From assembly GCF_009914755.1 (NCBI RefSeq), contig NC_060928.1: a stretch of DNA of 64,000 nt; one strand, given 5' to 3'. Each line of letters opens with the position of its first letter. The first letter of the stretch is position 1. The stretch comes from the human T2T-CHM13v2.0 reference genome, Homo sapiens. The notes below the pieces were generated by a model that worked only from the letters and a program-made list of their open reading frames with translations, was not told where the DNA came from and searched no databases. Of the stretch, positions 50,101 to 62,500 are shown in pieces. The position numbers and the translations under genes were made by a program.

Positions 50101-51399
50101 GTAACTGTTTGTTCATATACTCATAGCCTGGTATTTAATTTCTTCTTTCCTCTGCCAACCCCCATCCCCACACCCACTACCTGCAAAAAAAATCACCTTA
50201 GTCAACTTATTGAATGGTAGACCTTATTAATAAACTAAAACTTTTGGTAAGGAATACATTAACTTCTTTTTTTCTGTAAAATTATAGTGGAATGTAAGTT
50301 TTTCCATAGGATAAGATTTAGACACATATAATAACTTATGAGATATTCAGCAAATAAATTTAATTTTTTTCTCAAGCCTTTACATTATATATAAAGTAAT
50401 GTACTTAGGATGTATTTTAGACAGTATTTCAAATATTTACCTTGATTCAATATGTAAGATGGTAGAGGTATTTCTGAAAGGCAGTAGAAAATTGAAAAGT
50501 ATTTAAATGCTCAGTTTTAGGGAGGAATTGCTAAAAATGTTAATGCAAGTTTCTTTCTGTATCTCCTAATCAGCTAATAAACTTAGCTAGAGGTTCAGTA
50601 TGGTTTTACTTAGCTCAAATCTATAACATCTATGTAGATTGAAATGTAGAATGCCAAACTTCTGGAAATAAGAGACATATTAGTTAAAAATCCTGAAGCT
50701 TCAATTCAACAGTCAACATATACTTTTAGGACTTTTCAGAGAGTATTGGTTTTCCCTACTGTGCTTACAGCTTCTGAGTTCACTGTGGTACTAACTCCTG
50801 AGTAAATATGATGGCCAACTAATGTAAGCTGTATTTTGTTTGCTTCTAATTTTCCTCGATATCTGCGTAAGAGTTAGTGTTATACGGCACATGGACTGCT
50901 GATATATTTTACAGGCAAACATGAGTTCCGGTGTAATTTAGGTAACTTTCTAGTTTTGGGTAAGTCATCATTTTCAAGTCTCAGTTTTCTCATTGGTGAA
51001 ATAGAGATGCCTGTTTATGATTCTTTCCCCCTGGGACTATTGGGATAATGAAATAATGTGGTATATGTGAATGTTCTTGGTGAGCAGTGTTGTTATTTGA
51101 ACTATCTTGACAATGACAGAATCATCAAAATGAAGACAATGAAGGATTCATAGAGATAGTACTCAATCTTTTCTCCAAATGATCACTTTGCCACTGCCTC
51201 TTTACAGATATAATTATTTCTAGAGAAATAACATATAGTAGTTAAGTAATGATAAATATACAGGATGTTCAATGGGGTGACAAAATGACTGTGAGTTCAG
51301 ACCTTTCTCACATCTAAGCAAAATTGCTAAGGGAAGTCAAAATGATATTTGGAAAACTGTGCTGTCTAAGTTTCCGGATTCATCTCTTGCTGCCCTCCC

Positions 51400-52000
51400 A
51401 CAAGTGCTCTGCCTCATGTTTATACCCAAATGAGCTGTGCTCTTTTTTACCTCCTATCCTTACACATACTGTTTGCTCTGCCCAAAACATTATTATTTTT
51501 TCTCTCATGTACCTAGTGATCTTTTACTCATCCTTCAAAACTCTATTCATATTTACTTCATCCATCAAGTCATTCTGAACTTCCCCAGGTAGTTTTACAC
51601 TTGCTTTATGTGTGTATCATAAGCCTATCATAGCTGGTACTTTTCACTCAGTTGGAAATGTAGCTTTGCATTCTTGTCCTTTACACTGGATTGTGAAGCT
51701 CCAGATGGCAGGGACAACATAGAAGTTAAAAGCACAGGTTCTAACATCACAGTGCATGAATTAAAATTGTAGCCCTACACCTACTAGCCATATGAGCATG
51801 GGCAAGCAAAGAAATCACTCATATGTAAATTAGGGTAACAATAATATGTACTTAGATAACCAGTGTATTCAGTAGACTAGATGAGTAAAACTCTTAGAAC
51901 AATGTCTGGCACACATCTCAAACTCAATTAATGTTAGGTATTAAAATGATTCCATCTTTTTACTGAGAGAGCATTTCTAATAACTTGAGTGAATGAATAA
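51400..52000 (+). mobile_element. L2 remnant with nested MIR (~51720-51940)
   Basis: TACTCATCCTTCAAAACTC...CACTGGATTGTGAAGCTCC...GGCAGGGAC then MIR text, then the L2 end TTGAGTGAATGAATAA. Confidence 0.65.
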
Positions 52001-52879
52001 GTGATTATAATGTCCACTTATGAGAGAAAATTCAGTTACTTTTAAAATATGACCTCTTATTGACATACTTGAAAAAATGTTAAACTATCTATTAAAATAT
52101 AAAATTATTCAATGCATACAAAACAATGTGATTTTTGTGAAAAAAGGCATATATTAGGAGAAATAAGTTCTGCCTAGATGCATACGTATTTTGATTTGAG
52201 CAATAAACAAAGTGGAATAGAAAATACAATTTATTTAGCTTTTTAACAAATTTAAAGATTCACACCAAAACCATAAAAAATAAACAAGGAAAAATAACTG
52301 AGTTCTGAGTTGCCATGTCATTGAGGTCAACATTTGGTCATGGGAATGATACTGTTCTTGGAATTAATTTATAAACCTAATGTAAATTTCTTTCCAAATC
52401 TCTAGTGTTTTTCTAAAATTTTACAAATATTTATGAAGTTTCTATAGAAAAATAAATAGGTGCATTATAGGCAAAGCATTTTAAAAATAGGTGAATGGAT
52501 GACTTTCTCTATTGTATCTTATCAATTAATTAAAAAGTGACTCCAAAACATGTAAAGTCACTAACATTGATAAATCGTTATTTCCAAGACCAATGAAAAG
52601 ATGGATTTTTAGATAAATGATCCTAGATTAATTGATTAAAAGCATAGTGAGAAAAAGAAACAGTCTTATAACATACTATAAAATAAATTGCAAGTTGATA
52701 TAGAAGTAAATGTGAAGAAGAAATTTTTTTAAGTAGGAGAAAAATGGACATGACTTTGTTTTGGATCACGGGGTGAGGAAGGTCTTTCTAGGCATAAAAG
52801 TGAAAAGAAAAAAACAATCTATAAGATTGATAGATTAAATACATGAAAATTAAAAACACCTGCAATGATAATATACCCA

Positions 52880-53120
52880 CTGGCCAAGAGCACTGATTTT
52901 GAGATAGGCACATCCGGGTTTAAAAAACCACTCTGCCATTTATTAGGTATGACCTTGCACAAGGTACTTAACCCAAAATGCTCAATTTTCTTATCTGTAA
53001 AATAGTCATTGTGATAATAGTAACAACTATTATCATTGTTATTATAATAATATAGCAACTACCACATAAGGCTTTTTGTGAATAATAAATAAAATAATGT
53101 TCTTTAAGCACTTAGCATAA
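52880..53120 (+). mobile_element. MIR within L1ME-like relics
   Basis: CTCTGCCATTTATTAGGTATGACCTTGCACAAGGTACTTAACC...TTATCTGTAAAATAG. Confidence 0.75.
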
Positions 53121-54983
53121 ACAGTGATAATACAAATGGAAAAACGAAATATTTATAATTATATAATATGCAAAGATTTAGCATCATTAATATATAAAGA
53201 TTTCTTACACATTTACATTCAAAAGATGAATCAAGAGAGGAAAGATGTGAACATGTAATTCACACAATAAACAATAGATGCCAGAACTAGAGCTAGAGAT
53301 CAAGGTTATCTTTAACTCTTAGGATCAAGAGGGATTCTTGGGTTTTGCATTTTTCAAATTGTCTGCAATAAACAATTTAATTTTATATTCAGACAAAAAA
53401 ACTACAGAATTATGTATTTTATTTATTTAATTTACAGCACAAGAAAAGTATAAATGAATATGTTGACAAGTATTTTTTAGTTTTGAGGATCTACTTTTTC
53501 TTTACTTTGTATATTCCAGGGCTTGATCCTGGGTCTTGCATGCCTTCAGGAAATCAAGATGCCTTCAGAGAATTTCTACAGATTCCTAGAATGTTCTTAC
53601 ATGTCCTGGTTTTTGCTTATTACCTTTTGTCCTGAGACATTGGCTTTCTTGCAATATCTCTCACTACCTTGTAACTGCTCTTCCTTGTCCTGCTTCAACC
53701 AACCCTGAGAACATTAAGAGAGAAAGAAATAGAAGGAAGGGTAGAGGGGGTGTTAAAATAATTAATTGTCTAGTTTTTGATGAAGATATCAGCATACTAT
53801 TCTCATTAGAATATTAAAACAGACTCCTGCGTGAAATACACATTATGTAACAATGTACAAGTTTCACATCCTAAAGCTCTATAGTAAGATGTTTAAACGT
53901 CATAAATGTAGTTTACTGATGTGAATCTGAGGAAGATTTTACAGACATATTTTAAGGGCAGACAGAATGAGATTAGGCTATGATAATTGAGACTACTATT
54001 TCAAATAGATTGCTATTCCTTATTTGTCTGTGCCTCTGCCTTTTTTATTGCTGTCTTCCTATGACCTTTAACTGGGAGACATATATAAAGATTGCACGCT
54101 AATGTCTCAACTGATTTCTTTCATTGTTATTGGTAACTTTTATACATAAGGTTCTTATTGTCCCTGTTGAAGGGAGAGGTAAAATCAATTTCCTCTTCAA
54201 CATATTGATAAACAACTCCAGATATAAGAGGTAGGGAGGAGAAAGTAGATTTACCTTTGTGTGACCTACAAAGGAATGCTGGAAAAATTAATTCCAGAAT
54301 ATTATGTCAACATTCCTTGAAGTTGTGGGTATGATTTACATAGTAGGTCTTCTCCATCCACCCAGCTACTTTCATCTTGATACTGTAAATTGCTTTCATT
54401 TTCCCCCTCCGATCTGTGTGCTTGAGGTATTGTTGTGATAAATTATGGAGGTACAGAACTGAAAACGGTGTGTAGATTGTCTAAGAAATTGAGTGCAGTC
54501 AGCCTTAAAAGTGGTGGATGATGTGCTAAAGCAGCTACCTCACCCTGACCATGTCCCATATGTCGTCAATGAACAGCTGCTTTTAACTTTGCCTTTTGCC
54601 CAGAGCACAAGAGCTGCTGGATTTATTGAATTAATAACCACTCCATTATGTGTGTTTTGTTTTCCTGTGACCGTGAAATCTGGCTATAATGTTAGGAAAG
54701 TGTAAGACAGGTCTCCTTAACAAACAAGGCAGTACCTATTTTGGGGGTCATTATTTAATACTTAATCTTTTGGGTAGAAAATAATAGGGAAATCCTTTCA
54801 AATCTGGAATAGAATGCTGCTAACAATATTGAGTTAAAAAGGCATTTTATGGGTTACATAGATAGATAGAAGCTGGCTTTCACTATGATTTGTAGTCTGA
54901 AGCATAGCTACTGACTGCAATGTGTTTGTGATTGAATAGGGTTTTTTTTGAAACCTGTATTTTCTTTTTTAAAGTAGAATGTT

Positions 54984-54984
<1 letters not shown>

Positions 54985-55038
<54 letters not shown>

Positions 55039-55086
55039 CACACACACGTATATACACCCACATATATATGTATATTTATATGTATA
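54985..55086. repeat. (TA)n(CA)n compound microsatellite
   Basis: Directly visible. Confidence 0.96.
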
Positions 55087-55332
55087 TTCCCTAACAAACA
55101 TCTAAATGCTTTCTGCAGGAAATGAGGGCAAAATCGTAGACTATCTTCCTTTTACACCCTGGATCATTTCCTGAAGAGTTTTGAATTCAACACGAAAGGC
55201 AGGATTTTAGCAGGGGTGGAATGCAGCACATGTGGAAAGGTTGTACCAACGACCCTTAAATTTTTTGAGCAAGAAGGTGAGAAATAAGTCTTCTATCAAG
55301 AAGTTTTAGTCTGGGCCATTTTGACTGACCTG

Positions 55333-55490
55333 GTTTCTTTTCTTCCTTTCTTTTCTCTCTCTCCCTTTCCTTCTTTCTTTCTTTCTTTCTTTTTCTTTTT
55401 CTTTCTTTCTTCTTTGTTTTTCTTTCTTTTCTTTCTCTCTTTCTTTTTCTCTCATTTTCTCTTTCTCTCATTCTTTCTTTTTTCTTTCTT
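55333..55490. repeat. CT-rich / (CTTT)n low-complexity tract
   Basis: About 155 nt of near-pure pyrimidine; gives the KE/RK-rich pseudo-ORF. Confidence 0.96.
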
Positions 55491-56184
55491 GCCAACTCGC
55501 TATACATTGCTCATGTTTCTGCCCTAAATTCTAACCCTCCCATCAAGATTTCATAGAAAAAAATGCAGAAGGTAAATGAATACCCTTTTATCAGTTGTGT
55601 TTCAAGCTGTTGGTTATTTCCCTGTTGCTCCCAGCAATTGGCAGAAATAGTTGTCTTTTGAAGACTTAGAAAATAATAGTTTTGAAATTTATTCTGATTT
55701 GTTTCTTGAAAATAAAAGTAATAAAAACAATCAAGTTTATGATAAAAAGGGCCTAAAAGATTGACTATTTAAAGGCTTCATTTTCTATATGGGGGAAATA
55801 AGACTCAGAAAAGATTTTTAATTTGCCCAAGGTTATACAAATGATTGTAACCAATTTCTACTGATTCCCAGTTCAGTTCTATCTACCATGAAACTAAGGA
55901 GAAAGGCCTGGATGTTTTAATGAAACTCACTCTTCCCTTTGTTATTTGTTCTCAATACAGAATTATCCATAATTGTTAAACAATGAAATAAGACCTTTCT
56001 AGCATTCTCTTTTCAAATCATATTTTCAAGCTGGAATTGAAAACTATAGTGTATTAAAAGTGAATGGTTATAACAATACTTTTCAAAATATTATAAGACT
56101 CTGAAATGTTTCTGAATCATTTGAGTAAAGTTAAATTTTGTTTAGCAAAGTATATTTTATTATGTTTCAAAAATTGAGTAACAC

Positions 56185-56400
56185 AACATAATTACTTAAT
56201 AAATGCCTACTGTGAGTCAGGCACTGGCTCAGTTTCACCAATCTTCAAAACAACCCTCCATAACAGGAATCATAGGCCTCATTTTACAAACTAGAAAAAT
56301 GAGGAAGTTTTAGCAATTTTAAGTCATAAAAATAAGTGATTGTACTGGGATTCAAATTCAGTTCCATCTTAGTTCAAAACCCAAGCTCCTTCTGTTATAT
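56185..56400 (-). mobile_element. MIR
   Basis: AATGCCTACTGTGAGTCAGGCACTG...CTCATTTTACAAACTAGAAAAATGAGG...CTGGGATTCAAATTCAG. Confidence 0.75.
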
Positions 56401-56880
56401 CAGGTTATTTACATATATGTAAATTGTGTAATATATAAATTAGTACCCATACCCCAAATAAACAATAAAGCAGATAATTTACTGCATTTGCCTTTGAAAT
56501 ATACTCAAAGAACATCTGAGTGAATAGTCTCCCTTCCCTTTCATGTCGCCACCCTCCACAAACGCAGACAGCACACAGGCACACACATATTATCTCAAGT
56601 TATTATGTGCAACACAGTCTTGAATGACTTGAAAATGACCTTTATTATTGGTTAAAAATAGGAATGGATATTGCTTTTATTTCATAATTTTATTTATAAT
56701 TTCTGAAACAATTTGAATCAATGACACTATTTCTGAATTATACTTTAAATTGAAAAATATGTATTCTAACCTATAAAAATTGGATTCAACTAAAAAAATT
56801 TACTGGCTTCCTGAATCAATATATTTATTGGTGATGACTTGCAAAAGAATATTAGAAAACAACAATTTTGGGAATTTGTA

Positions 56881-57017
56881 GGCTGGACGTTGTGGCTCAC
56901 GCCTGTAATCCTAGCACTTTGGAAGGCCGGGGCAGGAGGATTGCTTGAGCCCGGGAGTTTGAAACCAACCTGGGCAACATAGAGAGACCCTGTCTCTAAA
57001 AAGTAAATTAAAAAAAT
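56881..57017 (+). mobile_element. FLAM-C / free left Alu monomer
   Basis: Single monomer with A-rich tail; flanking repeat TGGGAATTTGT on both sides. Confidence 0.9.
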
Positions 57018-60000
57018 AATCTGGGAATTTGTTTTGTTTATTTGAAGATTGTTGGTTGGATTAGAGTGACATATTGGGTCATCGTTTCTATTTCTAAGTT
57101 TAATATAAAAATGAAATAAATTATTTGCTATGGGAAAGGGATATTTTTGGAGGAGTCTAGTTATTTGTAGATCGACTGATTATTTGTTTGCCTGGGGCAA
57201 TGCTGGCTTAACTTGTTCAGGAACTCATAGCTCTTAGTCTCCCTCTCAAGTGGTTCTAGTTTGAGTGATATTATACGCCCACCCGATTGAGAGAGCACTG
57301 TAGCACCACATGTTTTAAAGAAGGATTAACTAATTATGTTATAGGATGTTTTAACATCTCCAAGTGAAGGAAAAAGGCATAGTTCATTTTCTGTGTATAT
57401 TAATATTTTCATATATCAATAACCTTGAAATTCCTTATATAATTATTTCCTTAAATTCCAAAGAATAGTGTTAATGTATTGTTTCTACAAACAATTTTAC
57501 TCTAATTGTGTATAAGTTGCCTGGTGAAAATAGAACAGTAATAACCCTTCTATTGCCATCAATAAAATTAACTCTATCTGGTCTTGTTTTCAACTTTTTA
57601 TCTATAAGAACAAAACTCATTGTTGATTTGAGATGGGACTCATAGGCCCATTTGTCAAAGAGACTTATTTTCTCACCAGTCTCTTACTTAAATAAGACAA
57701 ATCTTTTTTCCAACACTTCACAGCAAAATCTAGCCCCTCCAAAACAGAACACCCGTCTCTACACCATTACACACATTTTATGCTAAAAATATCTCAAAGG
57801 ACTATGATTCATTTTAAAAATTAGGTTGATTCACTTTAGAAAAATGAAATATATTATTTTTCTACCACATGAATAAGATGAAGCCTCTACTTCTAAATTC
57901 ATTTTCAGCTAAATCTATCCCCATATAAACGAGAAATGCTGACCTTGGGTGTCCTTTTTGTTGGAGCTGGAACAATAATTGCACATGCATATTGATACCT
58001 GACATTGAAGGACAGATTCCGAAGATCCATTTATTGTAGACACAGCACTGGGATCTTTATTAAACATGTGGTGGTGGTGAGGCAATCTTAAACTGATATA
58101 ACAAATTAAAAGAGACCGTATTCCTGTTTTCCAGTTCAGAAACTAGTCGCTAACTACTATTGTGCAGAGGAGGTAATGCGTTAGAGAGGAGAATGAAGAT
58201 CAGTATACTAAAAACTTACAATCTGTTTATTAGAGAAATGTAAGTAAAAGTTTACTTTCTGTTCAAACCCTCTGACCTTTGTCCTTAGCTAAGCTACACA
58301 TAAAACATCCATACGGCCCATAGAAACCCCTATCACACATCCTAGTAAGCTTTAAATATTTATTTATTTAAACTTACAAATAAATAAATTGAATGTGCTT
58401 ATTTAGACAATTGTGGTTATGTTTAATGACGGGGTGTTATTTTTATTTAAGTATCGCTTTAAATTAAATGAGACCCTTGTTGAAGCTCTTGAGCTGCTGT
58501 GTAAATGTACGTGACAGCGGACCAAGTCCTGCTTTACAATCCACACAGTGGCATGAAGGAGAGAATGTGAAAGTGTTCCTTCAATTGAGCTACATTCTAG
58601 AGAAGACAACTATTTAAATTTCATCTTTAAGATTTTTCATCGTATTCTAAATAAACAAATTGCCGTTACAGTGTAGACACAATTGCAATCTTCCCCATTC
58701 TTAAGTCAACAGACTGTGGCTGCATTCTGCGGTGGCTGAGTTACCTGGGTGGTCTTTAAGAATTGCCCCAGGAGGTAGGCACTGTCATAGTCTAATCCGG
58801 ATGTTACAAAGGTATGTAAAATGGCATGTCTTGCGAGTTTCGTTTATGTGTTGTCTGGTCCTTCAGGTGGAAACAGGCATTCTTTAAAGCTTTTTTGGAA
58901 CTTCTGTGGAATGAATGGGTTTGAAAACTATTAACATTGATTTTCTTAATAAAAATGTTGAAATGAGACCTGGAGCTTATGTTGAAATATGAAAATATGT
59001 ACAAGGAAATTAACAAACGTTTAGAATTAAAGTTCAAGTCTGAAATATGTATGTTGAATCTGTATGGGACTTTTAACGTAAATTTTAAAAATTGTTTCTG
59101 CATCATACAACAATAGTTAATAAAATTAATTTTAATGTTTATTTTTTAGAATGTGGGGGACAATGAAATAATATCTTGTGTATATCATGACATCACCAAT
59201 TATCTTGTGCTATCAATTCAGCAATATGTGAAATGGCGAGCTGATATTAATCTTTCCATGGAGATGGGAAGAAATGCTGTGCAGAGATGCATCTAAGACA
59301 GGGAGCTTTGGGCCAAAACAGAACTCCTCCCATATGGAACTCCCCAAAGGGAACTGACAGCACCTAGAAATGTGTATACTGATGCGACAATCCAGCACCT
59401 GTCCTGCTAACAGCCCTGAAGGAGCCAGTTTCAGTTAGTCCAGTAAATCAAAGTGGCATCTCTCCTAAGAGGTAACTGAAAAGGAAGCAGTCCAAACCAC
59501 GCATTCCAATCCTTACTGGGCCACCTGGAATTTAAAGCTAAAGCACTGGCTTTTACTTAGAATGCATAAGGAGACTACCTCCCCAGCATGACCTTTTACT
59601 CATTTTAGAGAATTAAATAGAGCTTACCAAAGAGTAACCTTCTCTCTTTTTCATGCACCTGCACACATCCCAAATCAAGAGTGCTGAAACTAAATGATCT
59701 TTGAAAGCAAAGAAACAGCAATGACCTTTTGTGAGTAAGTCTTCCTGGAAAACAACTGGGAGGAGAGGTCTAGAATCAATGTCAAAAGGACTGATAATTT
59801 GAGAAAGCATTTAAAGATTCAAAGTTTATTTCAAATGGAGTCCCAAACTCCCATAGAAAAAAAATACTGAAATTAAATGAAAAATAGAATGTATTCTTGC
59901 CTTATGTATACGGATTGAGTGAAAAACCCATGCAGAGTAATTATTTGAGAGTTACTAAGATGAATATTCTAATAATTTCATTATAATGAGTTATCTTCAG

Positions 60001-60759
60001 TGAGAAATCCTGAGGAAGTGCGCTGATTAGAATTATTCAAGTAAGAAATCCAGTGTAAATTGTTTTAATCCTTTCTAGTCAAATTAATATGGTGTGGATG
60101 TCTTGTGGATACAAACTCAGTTATCTTTCTTGTTGACACATATAAGAAAATTCTGGCTGGGCACACATGATTTATTCTTTATATCTGGAGCTGTGCTGTA
60201 ATCATTCACCCTTCTTCAAGTCGAGTTTGGCAACTTTATCTCGCTTGCAGTTTGCATTTTTTGAAAGTGAAAATATATTCTGCAGCTTTTGATGTGTTGA
60301 TTGGTAGGAAGGTAAAGACAGCTGCACACAGTCCCTGGAGACAGGGCTCAGTGGCTAAATGAAGACCTCTAGTGCTTTCTTGTTAGCCAAGATAGATCTA
60401 CATCCCCATGAACCACAACTAGTCAATAGCAGAGGCTCTCAGTGCATGTGATCAGAAGCCACAAATCAGTTTTCCCTGGGACTTAGTTATCGGCATATTG
60501 TGCCGTAGGCCATGCCCCGGTGCTGCTCGTTTGACTGTAATTTTTCCCCCAGTGAAGTTTTTAAAGTCACGGGCTGAGACTGTAACTGTGCTCTCTTGGC
60601 AACGAGGCTGTCACTAGCCTGCCAGATATCAATTGCCCATCAGATAAATTGCTACTTTAATGTACTCAGCCACTCACTATTAAGGAGGTTTAATGCTACC
60701 AGGATTTCTCATTATGTTTTCCTCTCCAAAATGTATTTCCAAATGTCTCCTTCCTTAAG

Positions 60760-60990
60760 ACCAACACATTTACACTATACTGATGTATGTGCATGAGTTG
60801 ACCAGTTGCATTTTTAAGTCTCCATCACTTTTATCTAAAGTGTTGTAATAGCCTCCTCGTTGGTCTCAGTATAACTGACTTCTTGCTATCTAATCCACCC
60901 TACACCCTTCTTCCAGAAGTGTCTTTCTCAAAGACAAATCTAGTTATATTCTCTCTCTTTTTAGAATTTCCCAATATCTTCTCTTATATC

Positions 60991-61026
<36 letters not shown>

Positions 61027-62500
61027 TTATCTAACTATCTTTCTTTCTTTCTTCAGTGGGGCCCCTTAAAAATCCCCTTGTGTTAGGGCCTAGGGTACCC
61101 TAAAAATACCACTTTATTAGGGATAATTGCTTTATTCAGTCATTAGCTTGTCCCCTGAAAGTAGTCAAGTCCCTCTTCTTTGTAAAATTATAGTTTAAAT
61201 TTAGGCACCAAAGCTATGTTTGAAATACCCATATTGTTGGCTTGCTGCTGTGTTTAAAAGGATTAGTGGGTTATTTTTGTGAGGGAATCCTCATCCCTGG
61301 CTAGTGGGCCACTCCTAGTGTGCTCTGGGCAGACCCATCCCTAAACGTAAGTTCTCCCTCTCAGTGAGTAGACCCTGCTGGGAGGGCCTCTTCTCCTCAC
61401 AAGATTCTGATTATACACGATGCCCTCTAAGAAGAGGCTGCTGTTATTGCACATCCTAGGCCGGGATGTGGTCAGTTCTCATCCTCTGCTGCTCTGATGA
61501 GAAGTGAAGTTCTCAGGGCAGTGGACTTCTCCTTCATTATCACTCTGAGCTGTTCCCTGGCACCCTATACTATGGTGTAAAGGTTCAGTGTTTCCCAAAC
61601 TCTTGAAAGCAGCATTTATGAATGGCACATGGTGGCCTGGTCTCAAACTGCCCACTTCTCCTGTCCCTCTCCAGGGTACTCCAGCAGTACTAGACCGAAA
61701 CCACTCACAGTTCTCTGAATGTCTGCCTCTTCAAGCCTGGGTTACTTTACGTACTATACCCTGTGGTTGCCTTCACATAGATTCCTCCTCTTTTTATCTG
61801 CCTGCTAAAGTCATGCTCATCCTCTAAGTCTCAATTTAAATATCCCCCCTTCTCTGACATTTTCAGTAGCTGAGGGAAAATTATTCTTTTTTAAATAAGA
61901 GAGTCTTGAGCCTTTTTGAGAAAGGAGGTAGTAGAATGGGAGAGATTGATAGTCTGGGATAACTGATGGATCCCAGTTCAGAAATATATGATAAAGAGAA
62001 AGATCAAAAGCACAGAAGAAAAGCGTGTATGCCTGCTCTTACACAGCCTCTGTGGATAGTAACCATTTGTTTCTGTTTCGCTCTCCCATTCCAATGGTGC
62101 AGTGGCCCAAGCCACCAGGGTCTCTTGCTGTGAGCACTCTAATAACCTCCCAAGCGGTATCCTTATTTCCACCCTTGCTCCACTGTAGAATAATCTCAAC
62201 ACAGCAGCTAGAGGGAATCTTAAAACGCAGGCCAGATCCTGTTGCTTTTCTGCTCAAAATCTCCCATTCTCCTTCAGATGAACACCAATGGGCCATCTGA
62301 TGCCCTCACGTGATGTGCCTTGCTCTATTTCCTCTGCTGAACATATCACCTTCTAACACAATATTTAAGTTACTTATTTATATTGTTTATTAATCCCTCC
62401 CACCCAATTGACATATGAGCTCCACTAATGAAGTTTTATCTGTATCTGTAATAACGGGGATACTTATTAAGTCCCCAATAAACATTTATTGAATGACTGA
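60760..62500 (+). mobile_element. Fragmented L2 elements
   Basis: GTAATAGCCTCCTCGTTGGTCTC (60845), CTAATAACCTCCC...CTCAACACAGCAGCTAGAGGGA (62140-62215), and 3' end CAATAAACATTTATTGAATGACTGA. Confidence 0.7.
60992..61052. repeat. (TCTA)n tetranucleotide STR
   Basis: About 8 perfect TATC units then degenerate units and a CTTT tail. Confidence 0.95.

Noticed and set aside
55256-55527. Lys/Arg/Glu-rich and Phe/Leu/Ser-rich ORFs
   Set aside because: Translations of the CT-rich simple repeat.
59138-59296. TTTATTTTTTAG acceptor followed by 48 open codons
   Set aside because: The peptide resembles nothing I recognise, ends in a stop without a good donor, and has no partner exons.
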